Below, in pieces: positions 35,315 to 43,707 of a DNA stretch of 64,000 nucleotides. Made by a program: the position numbers and the translations under genes. The notes beneath the pieces are model-generated. The model did not search any database. It was not told the origin of the DNA and saw only the letters and a list, made by a program, of their open reading frames with translations. Position 1 is the stretch's first letter, and every line of letters starts with the position of its first letter. The stretch comes from Patescibacteria group bacterium AH-259-L05. GTDB taxonomy: Bacteria > Patescibacteriota > Patescibacteriia > UBA2591 > UBA6264. Where the stretch lies: NCBI GenBank assembly GCA_027717985.1, contig JALLOO010000001.1, positions 16,534 to 80,533 of the forward strand, read 5' to 3'.

Positions 35315-35343
35315 TTGACAAAGTTTTTTTATTTTTATATAAT
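35315..35343 (+). promoter_or_regulatory. Perfect consensus sigma70 promoter (TTGACA-17 nt-TATAAT)
   Basis: ttgaca at 35315-35320 and tataat at 35338-35343. The predicted TSS at about 35350 sits at the foot of a long hairpin. Confidence 0.65.
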
Positions 35344-35350
35344 AATACAT

Positions 35351-35520
35351 GGCTGCTGAGGAGAGAGCTATAAGAGTATGAAGATCGGAGCTAGACTTTT
35401 ATAGCTTCCTAAAGCAGCACTGTTCCTTACATCGGTTTATGGGACGGCCTTGATGAACGATATGTTTAAAGCATATCAAGTAGATCAGGGAAGTCGCCAT
35501 AAAAAGAATAAAGGAGGAAA
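35351..35520 (+). ncRNA. Structured ~170-nt 5' leader / candidate cis-regulatory RNA upstream of a hypothetical gene
   Basis: Nested helix: gctgct (35352-57)/agcagc (35413-18), agga/tcct, and agctataa (35367-74)/ttatagct (35399-406). Two further small hairpins at 35430-55 and 35459-77. No ORF. It ends at an AAGGAGG SD. Confidence 0.4.
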
Positions 35521-35522
35521 CC

Positions 35523-36323
35523 ATGTCAGCATATGATTATGATGTTTTATTATTGCCATGGCGTCAGAGAGAAGAAGTAGTACAAGCATCCACAGAATAT
35601 ACGTACCTTAATGGTTTTATAAAGTATCATGTAGAGCACTTGAGAAAAGAAGTAAAGTCTCTTGAAAATATGGTGTTTCGTTTTTTACAGACTCTGCTTA
35701 TCCAAGAAGATCCAGAACAAGAATATTGGAAAAAATTCCAAAGCAGATTTGTTGGGGGTCTCAGGCAACGACAAATAGATGGGCTAGAATCAGATTATCC
35801 TTCGATAGCAGATCCAGATAATCCAGATAAGTGTTATTCATATTGCCTTTCTTATGTAAGCGATCATGAAGTGGGATTATACTTATTTGAGTTTAATGAT
35901 GTTCCAGGTTTATCGATGACGTCTGAGTGGTTTTATGAGTATCTTGTAGAAAAATTCAAACAAGGCGGAGAGGATGAATTGCTCAAAACACCCAAGAGAC
36001 TGTATGCAATTTTAGATGATATCCGATCCCAGGTACAAACAGTCATGGATGAATTTCAACCACGCGAGATTACCGAACTTAAATTACAGCTTTTAGATAG
36101 AGATGAAGAGATAAGGCAGATAAAAAGACAGGCAAAAGAGGATAGAGAGCTTTTGCGTCGTACAGATGCAGCTATCCTTGAGTCAATAAGCGATATTGGA
36201 CTAACAAAAACCGCTTTTAAGAGTAAGACATTGAAAAAAGTTCGAGAAAATCTTAGAGAGTGTAGAAAAAGAATAAAACAAGTGTTTGACGCATACTATG
36301 CTACCCTTGAAGAAAAAATATAA
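35523..36323 (+). CDS. Hypothetical protein (266 aa) with a charged, coiled-coil-like C-terminal third
   Basis: Strong SD and a clean ORF. No motif recognised. Confidence 0.6.
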   Translation: MSAYDYDVLLLPWRQREEVVQASTEYTYLNGFIKYHVEHLRKEVKSLENMVFRFLQTLLIQEDPEQEYWKKFQSRFVGGLRQRQIDGLESDYPSIADPDNPDKCYSYCLSYVSDHEVGLYLFEFNDVPGLSMTSEWFYEYLVEKFKQGGEDELLKTPKRLYAILDDIRSQVQTVMDEFQPREITELKLQLLDRDEEIRQIKRQAKEDRELLRRTDAAILESISDIGLTKTAFKSKTLKKVRENLRECRKRIKQVFDAYYATLEEKI

Positions 36324-36336
36324 ATACACATTAAGA

Positions 36337-36365
36337 AAAGCCCGCTCATCAGCGGGCTTTTTGCT
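36337..36365. terminator. Bidirectional rho-independent terminator
   Basis: aaaagcccgct-catc-agcgggctttt sits between convergent genes. Confidence 0.7.
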
Positions 36366-36382
36366 TTGAGAAATTTTCCTTT

Positions 36383-36440
36383 TGTCATTCCAACTCCCTG
36401 TCATTCCGTTCCTCACTTACTTCGTTCGCGAGGAATGATA
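36383..36440. repeat. Family-A repeat copy (TGTCATTCC half-sites plus imperfect hairpin)
   Basis: tgtcattccaactccctgtcattccgttcctcacttacttcgttcgcgaggaatgata. Confidence 0.7.
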
Positions 36441-36480
36441 CCTTTTTTGTCCAGGTGAAATGCAGGATGAGAAAGAGGAT

Positions 36481-37734
36481 TTATTCAAATAAATGAATCA
36501 GTTTTAGTAGTTTTTTTTCTAAAACTTCGTATGAGAAATATTTTTGTGCGATTGCATAATTTTTATCTGTCATTGCTTTGAGCTTCTCAGAGTTGGCAAG
36601 CAATTGTTTAATCTCATTAACTGTTTTATCAGATACAAAGCTTTCACTACTGATAACCTCAAAGCCCTTTGGTTCAATATCAACAATATAGACCGGGTAG
36701 CGGTTGAGAACAATTGGCTTTTTAAAATAAATTGCTTCTAAAAATGTATTACCAAATCCTTCATACACTGATGGATACGTAATAAGGTCAGCTTGTGAGT
36801 ACACATCAGTTAAAGAATAGATTTTATTTCCTTTTTTGTCTTTACCTCGTTTGAGATCAACTAAGTGGTAGATGTTAATCAATTTTATTTTTAAAGATTT
36901 AGCATATTTTTTTAATATTTTTTCATAGTTAGTTTTTTCATCACCAGCGGCATGAGAAATAGCCAATGTTGGATGTTCCATATCCAGATGGGTCACTAAT
37001 TCAATCGCTTGTTCTATATTTTTGCGCTGGATTACGCGGGTTGGCTGAAGAACAAAAAGATTATGTTTACGTAAGCCAATTTTTTTACGCAGATCGTGGG
37101 CATAGGTATTTGTTTGTTGTGGTGGATAGGCAAAGTCAAGCACATTGGGGATGATGGTATTTTTTATTTTGCGGCGGGCTTGTAAATCTTTAGAAGCCAT
37201 TGAGTTAATCGTAACATGTTTGATGTTTGAAAGGCGTGGTGGAAAGCATGAGTCAAGATATGTTTCAATGTTGTTTGCTAAAAACCGATCACGCTCCCAA
37301 TAAAAATCATGATGGTGGGCAATGGTAGGCATGTTAGTTTCTTTAATAAATTCAGCAAGCGCTAAACCAAGGGGAATATTCATAGGAATAGCAAGCGCAT
37401 TTTCAACAATAATAAGGTCAAGCGAGAATTGTTTTTGGAATTGATAAAGTGTTTGTTTTAATGTATCTTTAGTGCTTTGAATAAGGTGATTAATATGATT
37501 GGAACGTCTTTTTTTATTAAAGCATGCATTTTGAATTTTTTGGATTGTTGGATTTTTAAAATGAGCTTCAGGTATTATCAAGCTTTTATTGGTTGGATAG
37601 TCTAGTTTTCCAGCCATAAAATAGCAGGCATAATCGTTTCGTTCTAAAACATCTGCCCACTTTTTTGCCTCGAGAGAGACCCCATCAATACCAGATAAGC
37701 GAGTGGAGATAAATCCAATATCTTTTATTTTCAT
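36481..37734 (-). CDS. GT-B fold glycosyltransferase (GT4-like)
   Basis: 417 aa. C-terminal YPSVYEGFGNTFLEAIYFKKPIV matches the E(x7)E-type GT4 motif. Substrate cannot be assigned. Confidence 0.65.
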   Translation of the reverse strand: MKIKDIGFISTRLSGIDGVSLEAKKWADVLERNDYACYFMAGKLDYPTNKSLIIPEAHFKNPTIQKIQNACFNKKRRSNHINHLIQSTKDTLKQTLYQFQKQFSLDLIIVENALAIPMNIPLGLALAEFIKETNMPTIAHHHDFYWERDRFLANNIETYLDSCFPPRLSNIKHVTINSMASKDLQARRKIKNTIIPNVLDFAYPPQQTNTYAHDLRKKIGLRKHNLFVLQPTRVIQRKNIEQAIELVTHLDMEHPTLAISHAAGDEKTNYEKILKKYAKSLKIKLINIYHLVDLKRGKDKKGNKIYSLTDVYSQADLITYPSVYEGFGNTFLEAIYFKKPIVLNRYPVYIVDIEPKGFEVISSESFVSDKTVNEIKQLLANSEKLKAMTDKNYAIAQKYFSYEVLEKKLLKLIHLFE

Positions 37735-37776
37735 ATTTTATATGATATCATATATGTTTATCCACATAAAGGACCC

Positions 37777-37804
37777 TTGATCTTTTTAATACATGTGCTA
37801 TAAT
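37777..37804 (+). promoter_or_regulatory. Sigma70-like promoter with extended -10 (TTGATC-16 nt-TGcTATAAT)
   Basis: ttgatc at 37777-37782 and tataat at 37799-37804, preceded by tgc. Confidence 0.5.
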
Positions 37805-37810
37805 AATTTT

Positions 37811-37972
37811 TAGGAGGGCTTCAAAAATTTATCTTACCGGCTAGGCTAGCGGTCGCCTTACTTGCGACTGCAGTAGAGGAGAAGAGGCCGCCTTTGGCGA
37901 CTGGTAAACATCCTTTAGTCTATTCGAAGAATTAGTTGATAGGCCTGCTTCGGCGGGCCTTATTGTTTATTT
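37811..37972 (+). ncRNA. Candidate ~160-nt small RNA (promoter to terminator, no ORF); class not identified
   Basis: Bounded by the promoter above and by the terminator aggcctgc-ttcg-gcgggcct plus tattgtttattt (37941-37972). GC-richer than its surroundings, with internal complementarity (ggtcgcc...ggcgact). Confidence 0.4.
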
Positions 37973-37978
37973 AAGATC

Positions 37979-38006
37979 TTGTCAAAATTATAAAAGATGA
38001 TATAGT
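37979..38006 (+). promoter_or_regulatory. Sigma70-like promoter (TTGTCA-16 nt-TATAGT); prfB looks leaderless
   Basis: ttgtca at 37979-37984 and tatagt at 38001-38006. ATG 38014 lies 7 nt after the -10 box. Confidence 0.5.
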
Positions 38007-38013
38007 TATTACT

Positions 38014-39115
38014 ATGGATATGCAAGAATTGATTTCTCAATTACAAGATTTTAAAACGAGGCTCCGACACGTCGGAGACTATCTTTGACATTGATGCAAA
38101 AAAAATAAAAATTAAAGAGTTAGAGTATGAAATGGCTGAACAGAATTTTTGGCAAGATCGAGAACAGGCTGAGAAAAAATCAAAACAATTAGCAAATCTC
38201 AAAAGCAATATTGAAAAATGGGAAAATATGAGCGATGTAATTGATGATCTCCTAGAGTTGGCGAAGACAGACAAAGAAGATAAAACAGTGAATATAAGAG
38301 TAGAAATTGAGCAGGAGTTTAAAAATATTGAAAAGCAATTATTAGTGTTTGAAAAGTTGACGTTTTTAAAAGGAAAGTATGATCAAAAAAATGCCTACCT
38401 TTCTATATTTGCAGGTGCAGGCGGCGTAGATGCGCAGGATTGGGCTGAAATGCTCTTGCGTATGTATGTGCGCTATGGGGAAGACAAGGGGTGGGATGTA
38501 CGAATTATTGACGAGTCAAAAGGATCAGAAGCAGGAATTAAAAGCGTGACAGTAGTGATTGAAGGTGAATTTGCGTATGGATTTTTAAAGTCAGAAGCAG
38601 GGGTGCATCGTTTGGTGCGTATTTCACCCTTTGATGCGGAAAAAATGCGCCATACTTCGTTTGCATTAGTTGAAGTGTTACCAGAAATTGAAGATGTGGA
38701 AGCAGAAATTAATCCTGATGATTTGCGTATTGATACGTTTTTATCATCAGGCCCTGGTGGTCAGCATATGCAAAAAACTGAGTCCGCAGTACGTATTATG
38801 CATGTGCCAACAAAGCTTACCGCAGTGTGCCAATCTGAAAGGAGCCAGCATCAAAATAAGGAGCAGGCAATGAAAATTTTAAAAACCAAGTTATATCATT
38901 TTTATTCTGCAGAAAAAGAGGAAGAAAAAGACAGGTTGCGCGGTGAATTTAAATCTGCATCATGGGGAAATCAAATTCGCTCATATGTACTCCATCCATA
39001 TAAAATGGTCAAAGACCTGCGTACCAAGTATGAAACCAATGATGCCCAATCAATTTTAGATGGAGACCTTGATGAAATAATTGAATCAAATTTAAAACAA
39101 AGGTCTAAGATATAA
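38014..39115 (+). CDS. prfB: Peptide chain release factor 2, requiring a programmed +1 frameshift (38014-38085 joined to 38087-39115, 366 aa)
   Basis: Frame 0 reads MDMQELISQLQDFKTRLRHVGDYL then TGA. The +1 frame continues DIDAKKIKIKELEYEMAEQNFWQD.... SPGGQHMQKTESAVRI contains the GGQ motif, and SPF is present (RISPFDA). Confidence 0.9.
38074..38089 (+). promoter_or_regulatory. RF2 autoregulatory +1 frameshift site (SD-like GGAG, then TAT CTT TGA C)
   Basis: ggagac tat ctt tga c closely matches the E. coli prfB site AGGGGG TAT CTT TGA C. Confidence 0.85.
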
Positions 39116-39137
39116 TAATTATTTTTTAATTTTAATC

Positions 39138-39162
39138 TGTCATTTTGCACTTTGCATTTGAC
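39138..39162. repeat. Degenerate family-A repeat copy
   Basis: tgtcattttgcactttgcatttgac; compare tgtcattccgcacttcgtgcggaatgac at 5929. Confidence 0.4.
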
Positions 39163-39180
39163 CGAGCAGAGCGAGGGAAC

Positions 39181-41022
39181 ATGTGTGGTATCGTTGCCTA
39201 TATTGGCAAAAAAGATGCAACTCCAATTTTAATCAACGGATTAAAACGTCTCCTTTATAGAGGATATGATAGTTTTGGTTTTGCAGTAATGAATGAGAAG
39301 AATAATATTGATTATTTTAAAAAACCCGGTAGATTAGATGAAGAAGAAAAAAATTTATCAAAAATGGGACTTGAAGGAGCTACGGGGATTAGCCAAAGTC
39401 GCTGGGCAACTCACGGAGAGCCTAATCAGGTCAACGCCCACCCACACGTTGACTGTCGTGAAGAAATTGCACTTGTTCACAACGGGATTATTGAAAATTA
39501 CGCAACATTAAAAGCATGGCTCAAAGAGCATGGACATAAATTTAGAAGTGATACAGATACAGAGGTAATCGCGCATTTAATAGAAGAGCATAATAATGGC
39601 GATTTATTAAAAGCAGTGCAGAAAGCACTTTCTTTAGTTGAGGGGACTTATGGACTGGGCATTATTTCAAAACACGAACCTAATACCTTAATCGGCGCGC
39701 GTAAAGGATCTCCTTTAGCAGTAGGGGTAGTAAAAAATGGTGAATATATTCTTGCTTCAGACCCGGCAGCTATTATTGAGCACACTAAAAAAGTAATTTA
39801 TTTAGATGATGGCGAAGTAGTAAAATTGACGCGTAAAGGAATGCATATTACTAATTTAGAAAATAAAAAGGTACAAAAGCAAGCGCAAGAAATTCAATGG
39901 GATTTAGAGCAGATTGAAAAAACAGGATTTGACCACTTTATGTTAAAAGAAATTTTTGAGCAGCCACAAACTATTGAAAATGCTATCCGCGGCCGTGCGC
40001 TGATAAATGAGAATCGCATTCAATTGGGCGGCGTAAGTGATTGGCTTGACTTTTTAACTAATGTAGATCGTGTAGTATTTTTAGCATGCGGGACCTCATG
40101 GCATGCCGGCTTAATTGGAGAATATTTATTTGAACATATTGCCGGCATTCCCTCAGAGGTAGAGTATGCATCAGAGTTTCGGTATAAATCTGTACCTATT
40201 GATACAAGAACTGCCTATTTTGTTATATCCCAGTCAGGAGAAACCGCCGATACCTTAGAGTCATTAAGAAAAATAAAACAGGGAGGAGCAAAAGTATTTG
40301 GTATTGTTAATGTGGTGGGGTCGTCTATAACGCGAGAAACTGATGCGGGCGTGTATTTGCATGCCGGGCCTGAGATTGGTGTTGCCTCAACAAAAGCTTT
40401 TACTTCACAAGTCACGGTCTTGTCTCAGTTGGCGATTTTATTAGGGGTACGCAGAGGAAAAGCGGTGCCCAAAGAAGTACGATCTCGTATTGATGCGTTA
40501 GTTAAGATCCCGTTACAAGTCCAAGAGATTTTAGATCAAAATGAAAAAATTAAACAACTTGCGCAAAAGTATTACAAATTCAATAACTTTTTATACTTAG
40601 GCCGCGGATTCAATTTCCCTACGGCTCTTGAAGGCGCGTTAAAATTAAAAGAAATTTCATATATTCATGCAGAAGGATATCCAGCCGCTGAAATGAAACA
40701 CGGCCCGATTGCGTTAATTGATGAAAATATGCCGGTGGTAGTAGTTGCCACTGATACAGAGGATGTAATTTATCAAAAAGTAGTGTCTAATATTGAAGAG
40801 GTAAAAGCCCGGTCAGGTAATATTATTGCCATTGCTACAGAAGGCAACGAAAGTATTAAAGATTTAGTCACTGAGGTAATATATGTGCCCAAAACAAATG
40901 GATACTTAACACCTTTATTAAATGTAATACCCCTGCAACTCTTAGCCTATCATATAGCGGTCATTCGCGGATGTGACGTAGATAAACCAAGGAACCTTGC
41001 GAAAGCTGTCAGCGTAGAGTAA
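39181..41022 (+). CDS. glmS: Glutamine--fructose-6-phosphate aminotransferase (isomerising)
   Basis: Starts at MCGIVAYIGKKD (N-terminal catalytic Cys after Met). Two SIS domains and a C-terminal ...KPRNLAKAVSVE. The ORF-track start at 39145 would bury the catalytic Cys. Confidence 0.92.
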   Translation: MCGIVAYIGKKDATPILINGLKRLLYRGYDSFGFAVMNEKNNIDYFKKPGRLDEEEKNLSKMGLEGATGISQSRWATHGEPNQVNAHPHVDCREEIALVHNGIIENYATLKAWLKEHGHKFRSDTDTEVIAHLIEEHNNGDLLKAVQKALSLVEGTYGLGIISKHEPNTLIGARKGSPLAVGVVKNGEYILASDPAAIIEHTKKVIYLDDGEVVKLTRKGMHITNLENKKVQKQAQEIQWDLEQIEKTGFDHFMLKEIFEQPQTIENAIRGRALINENRIQLGGVSDWLDFLTNVDRVVFLACGTSWHAGLIGEYLFEHIAGIPSEVEYASEFRYKSVPIDTRTAYFVISQSGETADTLESLRKIKQGGAKVFGIVNVVGSSITRETDAGVYLHAGPEIGVASTKAFTSQVTVLSQLAILLGVRRGKAVPKEVRSRIDALVKIPLQVQEILDQNEKIKQLAQKYYKFNNFLYLGRGFNFPTALEGALKLKEISYIHAEGYPAAEMKHGPIALIDENMPVVVVATDTEDVIYQKVVSNIEEVKARSGNIIAIATEGNESIKDLVTEVIYVPKTNGYLTPLLNVIPLQLLAYHIAVIRGCDVDKPRNLAKAVSVE

Positions 41023-41105
41023 CAATAAAACAAAAATTATCTAAATTAATTTAAACTATAGGGGCTTTGCTTCGATTTTTTGATCAAGATATAATTAAAG
41101 AAATT

Positions 41106-42599
41106 ATGAGAATTCAATTTATTTCTAATATTAGAAGAGCTAACAAGAGTGGAACCGGTTTTCTCTATATACCTAAGAGCCAGATAGGCTTTTTTAGTTT
41201 AGGCGATTGGATAAAGGTTAAATTATTAGAAGACATTTATTTCTTCGCAAAATTGATATCTTATTCTTCCCGACGAGGGGTTTATATTCCCCAACATATT
41301 ATGAGAGAGAATGATTTATTAAATAGAAAAATTAAAATTACTGTTGAGAAAGTAGATGGATTTTACGCTAAAATGTATTTGGATGGCAGAATATATATTC
41401 CGAAAGACATTATTGAGGGGCAAAAACTGAAGCCCAATGATATTATTTTAATTCAAGGAATAGAGAGCCACAGGATTGTTCAAGAAAGATATTCTAAAAT
41501 ACACGTTACAAAAAGGAACAATAGGGCGCCGGAATATACTTGCATTTTTGATAAGGCTTTTTATGCCAAAGAAATTCTATTCAGAATTAAAAAACAATCC
41601 CAAGAGGCCGACGGGGAAAAATTAAATTCGCTCGTAGCTCAATTATTAAAAGGAATGCATTACGCCTTTATTAATAGGAATTCATTTATTGTTTTTAAGG
41701 GGAATAAGATTCCCGCAGTTATGAATTCTAATTTGAAATATCCTGGGCTTGCTTTCTATTTAGGAGCATATTTTGCCGACGGAACAAAAAAGGGGAATAG
41801 TTGGGCAATTTGTGCATCTACTTTTGAACAGGCGAAATACTATTTAAAAATGCACAATTTATTAATTAAAAATTCCAGACCAGAATTTACAATTTCTTAT
41901 ACTAATATTCATAAAATTGATAATAATCAACTTAAGAAAAATTTAGTTGAAGTATGGGGAAATAACGCCGGAATAAAGGTAAATAAATTTAGGATAAGGG
42001 AGCCAGAAGGAAAATTAGTTGCTAAATGGAATCAATATGGGACCCTTATTATTAGAGAACATAGGCAGATTTTACTAGATTTGTACAATGCGCTTCTTAA
42101 ATTATTAATAAAAGAAATTTTATCTAAAGAGAATAAAAAATTAGCTCTAGATTTTATTTGTGGTGTGATGGAGGGGGACGGGTGTGCATCTGCCACAAAA
42201 CGAGGGCATGTAATGATTTTTACTAATAAAAAAGAGATATTTATTTTAAGAGATATTTTAAAGAAGGCGCAAATCAAATTTAAAGTCAACAGATCTGGCG
42301 AGAACGGATATATGTTACGGATTGGCGCTTTAGAAATATTAAAAAATTTTTATTTACTAAAGGAGCAAATTTTTATTCTTTATCCCAAGAGGCGAAAAGC
42401 ATTATTTGAAAGATTGAAAACAGTAGGAGCAGTTAAATTTTTAGTAGGGGATCACAAACCTGCTAGTTGGATTAAAGCATGGCTGAGAGATAATGGCTTT
42501 TGTGATAGGACTTATAGAATTACACCTGACGGAGCTAAATTAAGATCTGAGCTTATTTCAAATATTAATACAACGGGTCCCGTAGAATTTAAAAATTAG
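41106..42599 (+). CDS. Free-standing double-motif LAGLIDADG homing-endonuclease-like protein with two N-terminal AbrB/SpoVT-like repeats
   Basis: LAGLIDADG-type motifs LAFYLGAYFADGTK and LDFICGVMEGDGCA. N-terminal GFLYIPKSQIGFFSLGDWIKVKL and GRIYIPKDIIEGQKLKPNDIILIQ resemble the swapped-hairpin (AbrB) motif. Visibly more AT-rich than its neighbours. The start is uncertain (TTG 41067 is possible). Confidence 0.65.
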   Translation: MRIQFISNIRRANKSGTGFLYIPKSQIGFFSLGDWIKVKLLEDIYFFAKLISYSSRRGVYIPQHIMRENDLLNRKIKITVEKVDGFYAKMYLDGRIYIPKDIIEGQKLKPNDIILIQGIESHRIVQERYSKIHVTKRNNRAPEYTCIFDKAFYAKEILFRIKKQSQEADGEKLNSLVAQLLKGMHYAFINRNSFIVFKGNKIPAVMNSNLKYPGLAFYLGAYFADGTKKGNSWAICASTFEQAKYYLKMHNLLIKNSRPEFTISYTNIHKIDNNQLKKNLVEVWGNNAGIKVNKFRIREPEGKLVAKWNQYGTLIIREHRQILLDLYNALLKLLIKEILSKENKKLALDFICGVMEGDGCASATKRGHVMIFTNKKEIFILRDILKKAQIKFKVNRSGENGYMLRIGALEILKNFYLLKEQIFILYPKRRKALFERLKTVGAVKFLVGDHKPASWIKAWLRDNGFCDRTYRITPDGAKLRSELISNINTTGPVEFKN

Positions 42600-42626
42600 T
42601 AGTCTCAGAGTTAAAAGAACAGGACT

Positions 42627-42715
42627 AATTTCTCATAAGGTCAAACATTAAGTCGGGAGTCAACCTCCCGATTTATTGTTTGAAATTTTACCCCCAACAA
42701 TATAACCTTGACAGG
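42627..42715 (+). repeat. Direct repeat R1: terminator hairpin plus TTGACA promoter module
   Basis: aatttctcataaggtcaaacattaagtcgggagtcaacctcccgatttattgtttgaaat...ttgaca. Hairpin tcgggag/ctcccga. Near-identical copy at 43561-43646. Confidence 0.8.
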
Positions 42716-42800
42716 TTTTTTTATTATGGTATTATTACAATGTGCCAAGACAGTGTATGTCTATGGCATAAGTTCTTAACCTTATATGGAGGGAACAAAC

Positions 42801-43562
42801 GTGAGAAAAACATCACTCGGGCTAGCAGTTATTGTTTTGCTTCTCATCGGTTTTGGGAGTGTTTCTGCTCAAGTTAATCCTGGCTATCTTGGGGTTCAAT
42901 ATAGAATCATGGATGATAGTACATCAAAGGCTATTGGCTTGGAAGATCTTGTTATCGGCGCTTTTATTCTTGAGGTTGTTCCTGGTGCTTCAGCTGATAA
43001 AGTAGGACTGGTTGTAGGCGATATTATTTTAGCAGTTGATGGTGTACAGATTGATAGCTTAGATAGATTGAAAGATGAAATTAAAAAGCATACAGCCGGA
43101 GATAGCGTTGAGTTAAAAGTTTTACGTTCAGGTGCCCTTAGCATAATGGACGCAGAAGTACCTCTACGTTATGAAGCCGTAATAAACGTGGAGCTTGCAG
43201 GATGGTATAGTTATGTTCCGCGTTTTGGAGTCTATTATGTATCTACGCTAGATGGAGCAGAGATTGTGGATGCACCGTACCGCACTGCACCACCGAGTTT
43301 AACTCTTGCTCCTGCCTCATCCGATGACGAACCAGGCTTACAAGTTGGCGACCGTGTTGTAGAAGTTGATGAAGTAGCGATTGAGGTATATGGTCAGTTA
43401 ACAGAAGTGTTTGAGAAATATAATCTTGGCGATACAGTACAGTTAAAGGTTGATCGCACGGTAGCGAGATTTGAAGAAAGAAGCGAAGGACTATTTCTTA
43501 TATTAGAAACAAAACCATTTGTGATAAATGTAGTTGTTTCAGAGTATACAGAACAAGATTAA
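42801..43562 (+). CDS. Secreted protein with two PDZ domains
   Basis: GTG 42801 lies 7 nt after a GGAGGG SD (ATG 42786 is an alternative). Signal peptide LGLAVIVLLLIGFGSVSAQ. PDZ-like GASADKVGLVVGDIILAVDG and GLQVGDRVVEVDE. Confidence 0.7.
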   Translation: MRKTSLGLAVIVLLLIGFGSVSAQVNPGYLGVQYRIMDDSTSKAIGLEDLVIGAFILEVVPGASADKVGLVVGDIILAVDGVQIDSLDRLKDEIKKHTAGDSVELKVLRSGALSIMDAEVPLRYEAVINVELAGWYSYVPRFGVYYVSTLDGAEIVDAPYRTAPPSLTLAPASSDDEPGLQVGDRVVEVDEVAIEVYGQLTEVFEKYNLGDTVQLKVDRTVARFEERSEGLFLILETKPFVINVVVSEYTEQD

Positions 43563-43646
43563 TTTTTCATAAGACCAAATACTAAGTCGGGAGTCAACCT
43601 CCCGATTTATTATTTGAAATCTTGTCCACAACAATCTTTTGACAAG
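43561..43646 (+). repeat. Direct repeat R2: terminator hairpin plus TTGACA promoter module
   Basis: aatttttcataagaccaaatactaagtcgggagtcaacctcccgatttattatttgaaat...ttgaca (43639-43644), then tagtat at 43662-43667. Confidence 0.8.
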
Positions 43647-43707
43647 AATTACAATAGTTGATAGTATATAAATGTTCTTTGTGTTAAAGTTTAAAGAGGA
43701 GGAAGAG

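Noticed and set aside
35351-35520. SRP RNA, 6S RNA, tmRNA or tRNA identity for the two structured non-coding regions (35351-35520 and 37811-37972).
   Set aside because: AAGCAGC- and GGGAAG-like strings occur, but not in the compact helix-8 arrangement of SRP RNA. There are no T-loop (GTTCRA) or acceptor features, no tag-peptide ORF, and the sizes do not fit RNase P. They are left as unclassified candidates.
39116-39180. A glmS ribozyme upstream of glmS. The same question applies to T-box or SAM riboswitches upstream of metG (22429-22440) and metE (26864-26900).
   Set aside because: The leaders are far too short (65, 12 and about 37 nt) to hold these elements, and none of their conserved cores is visible.
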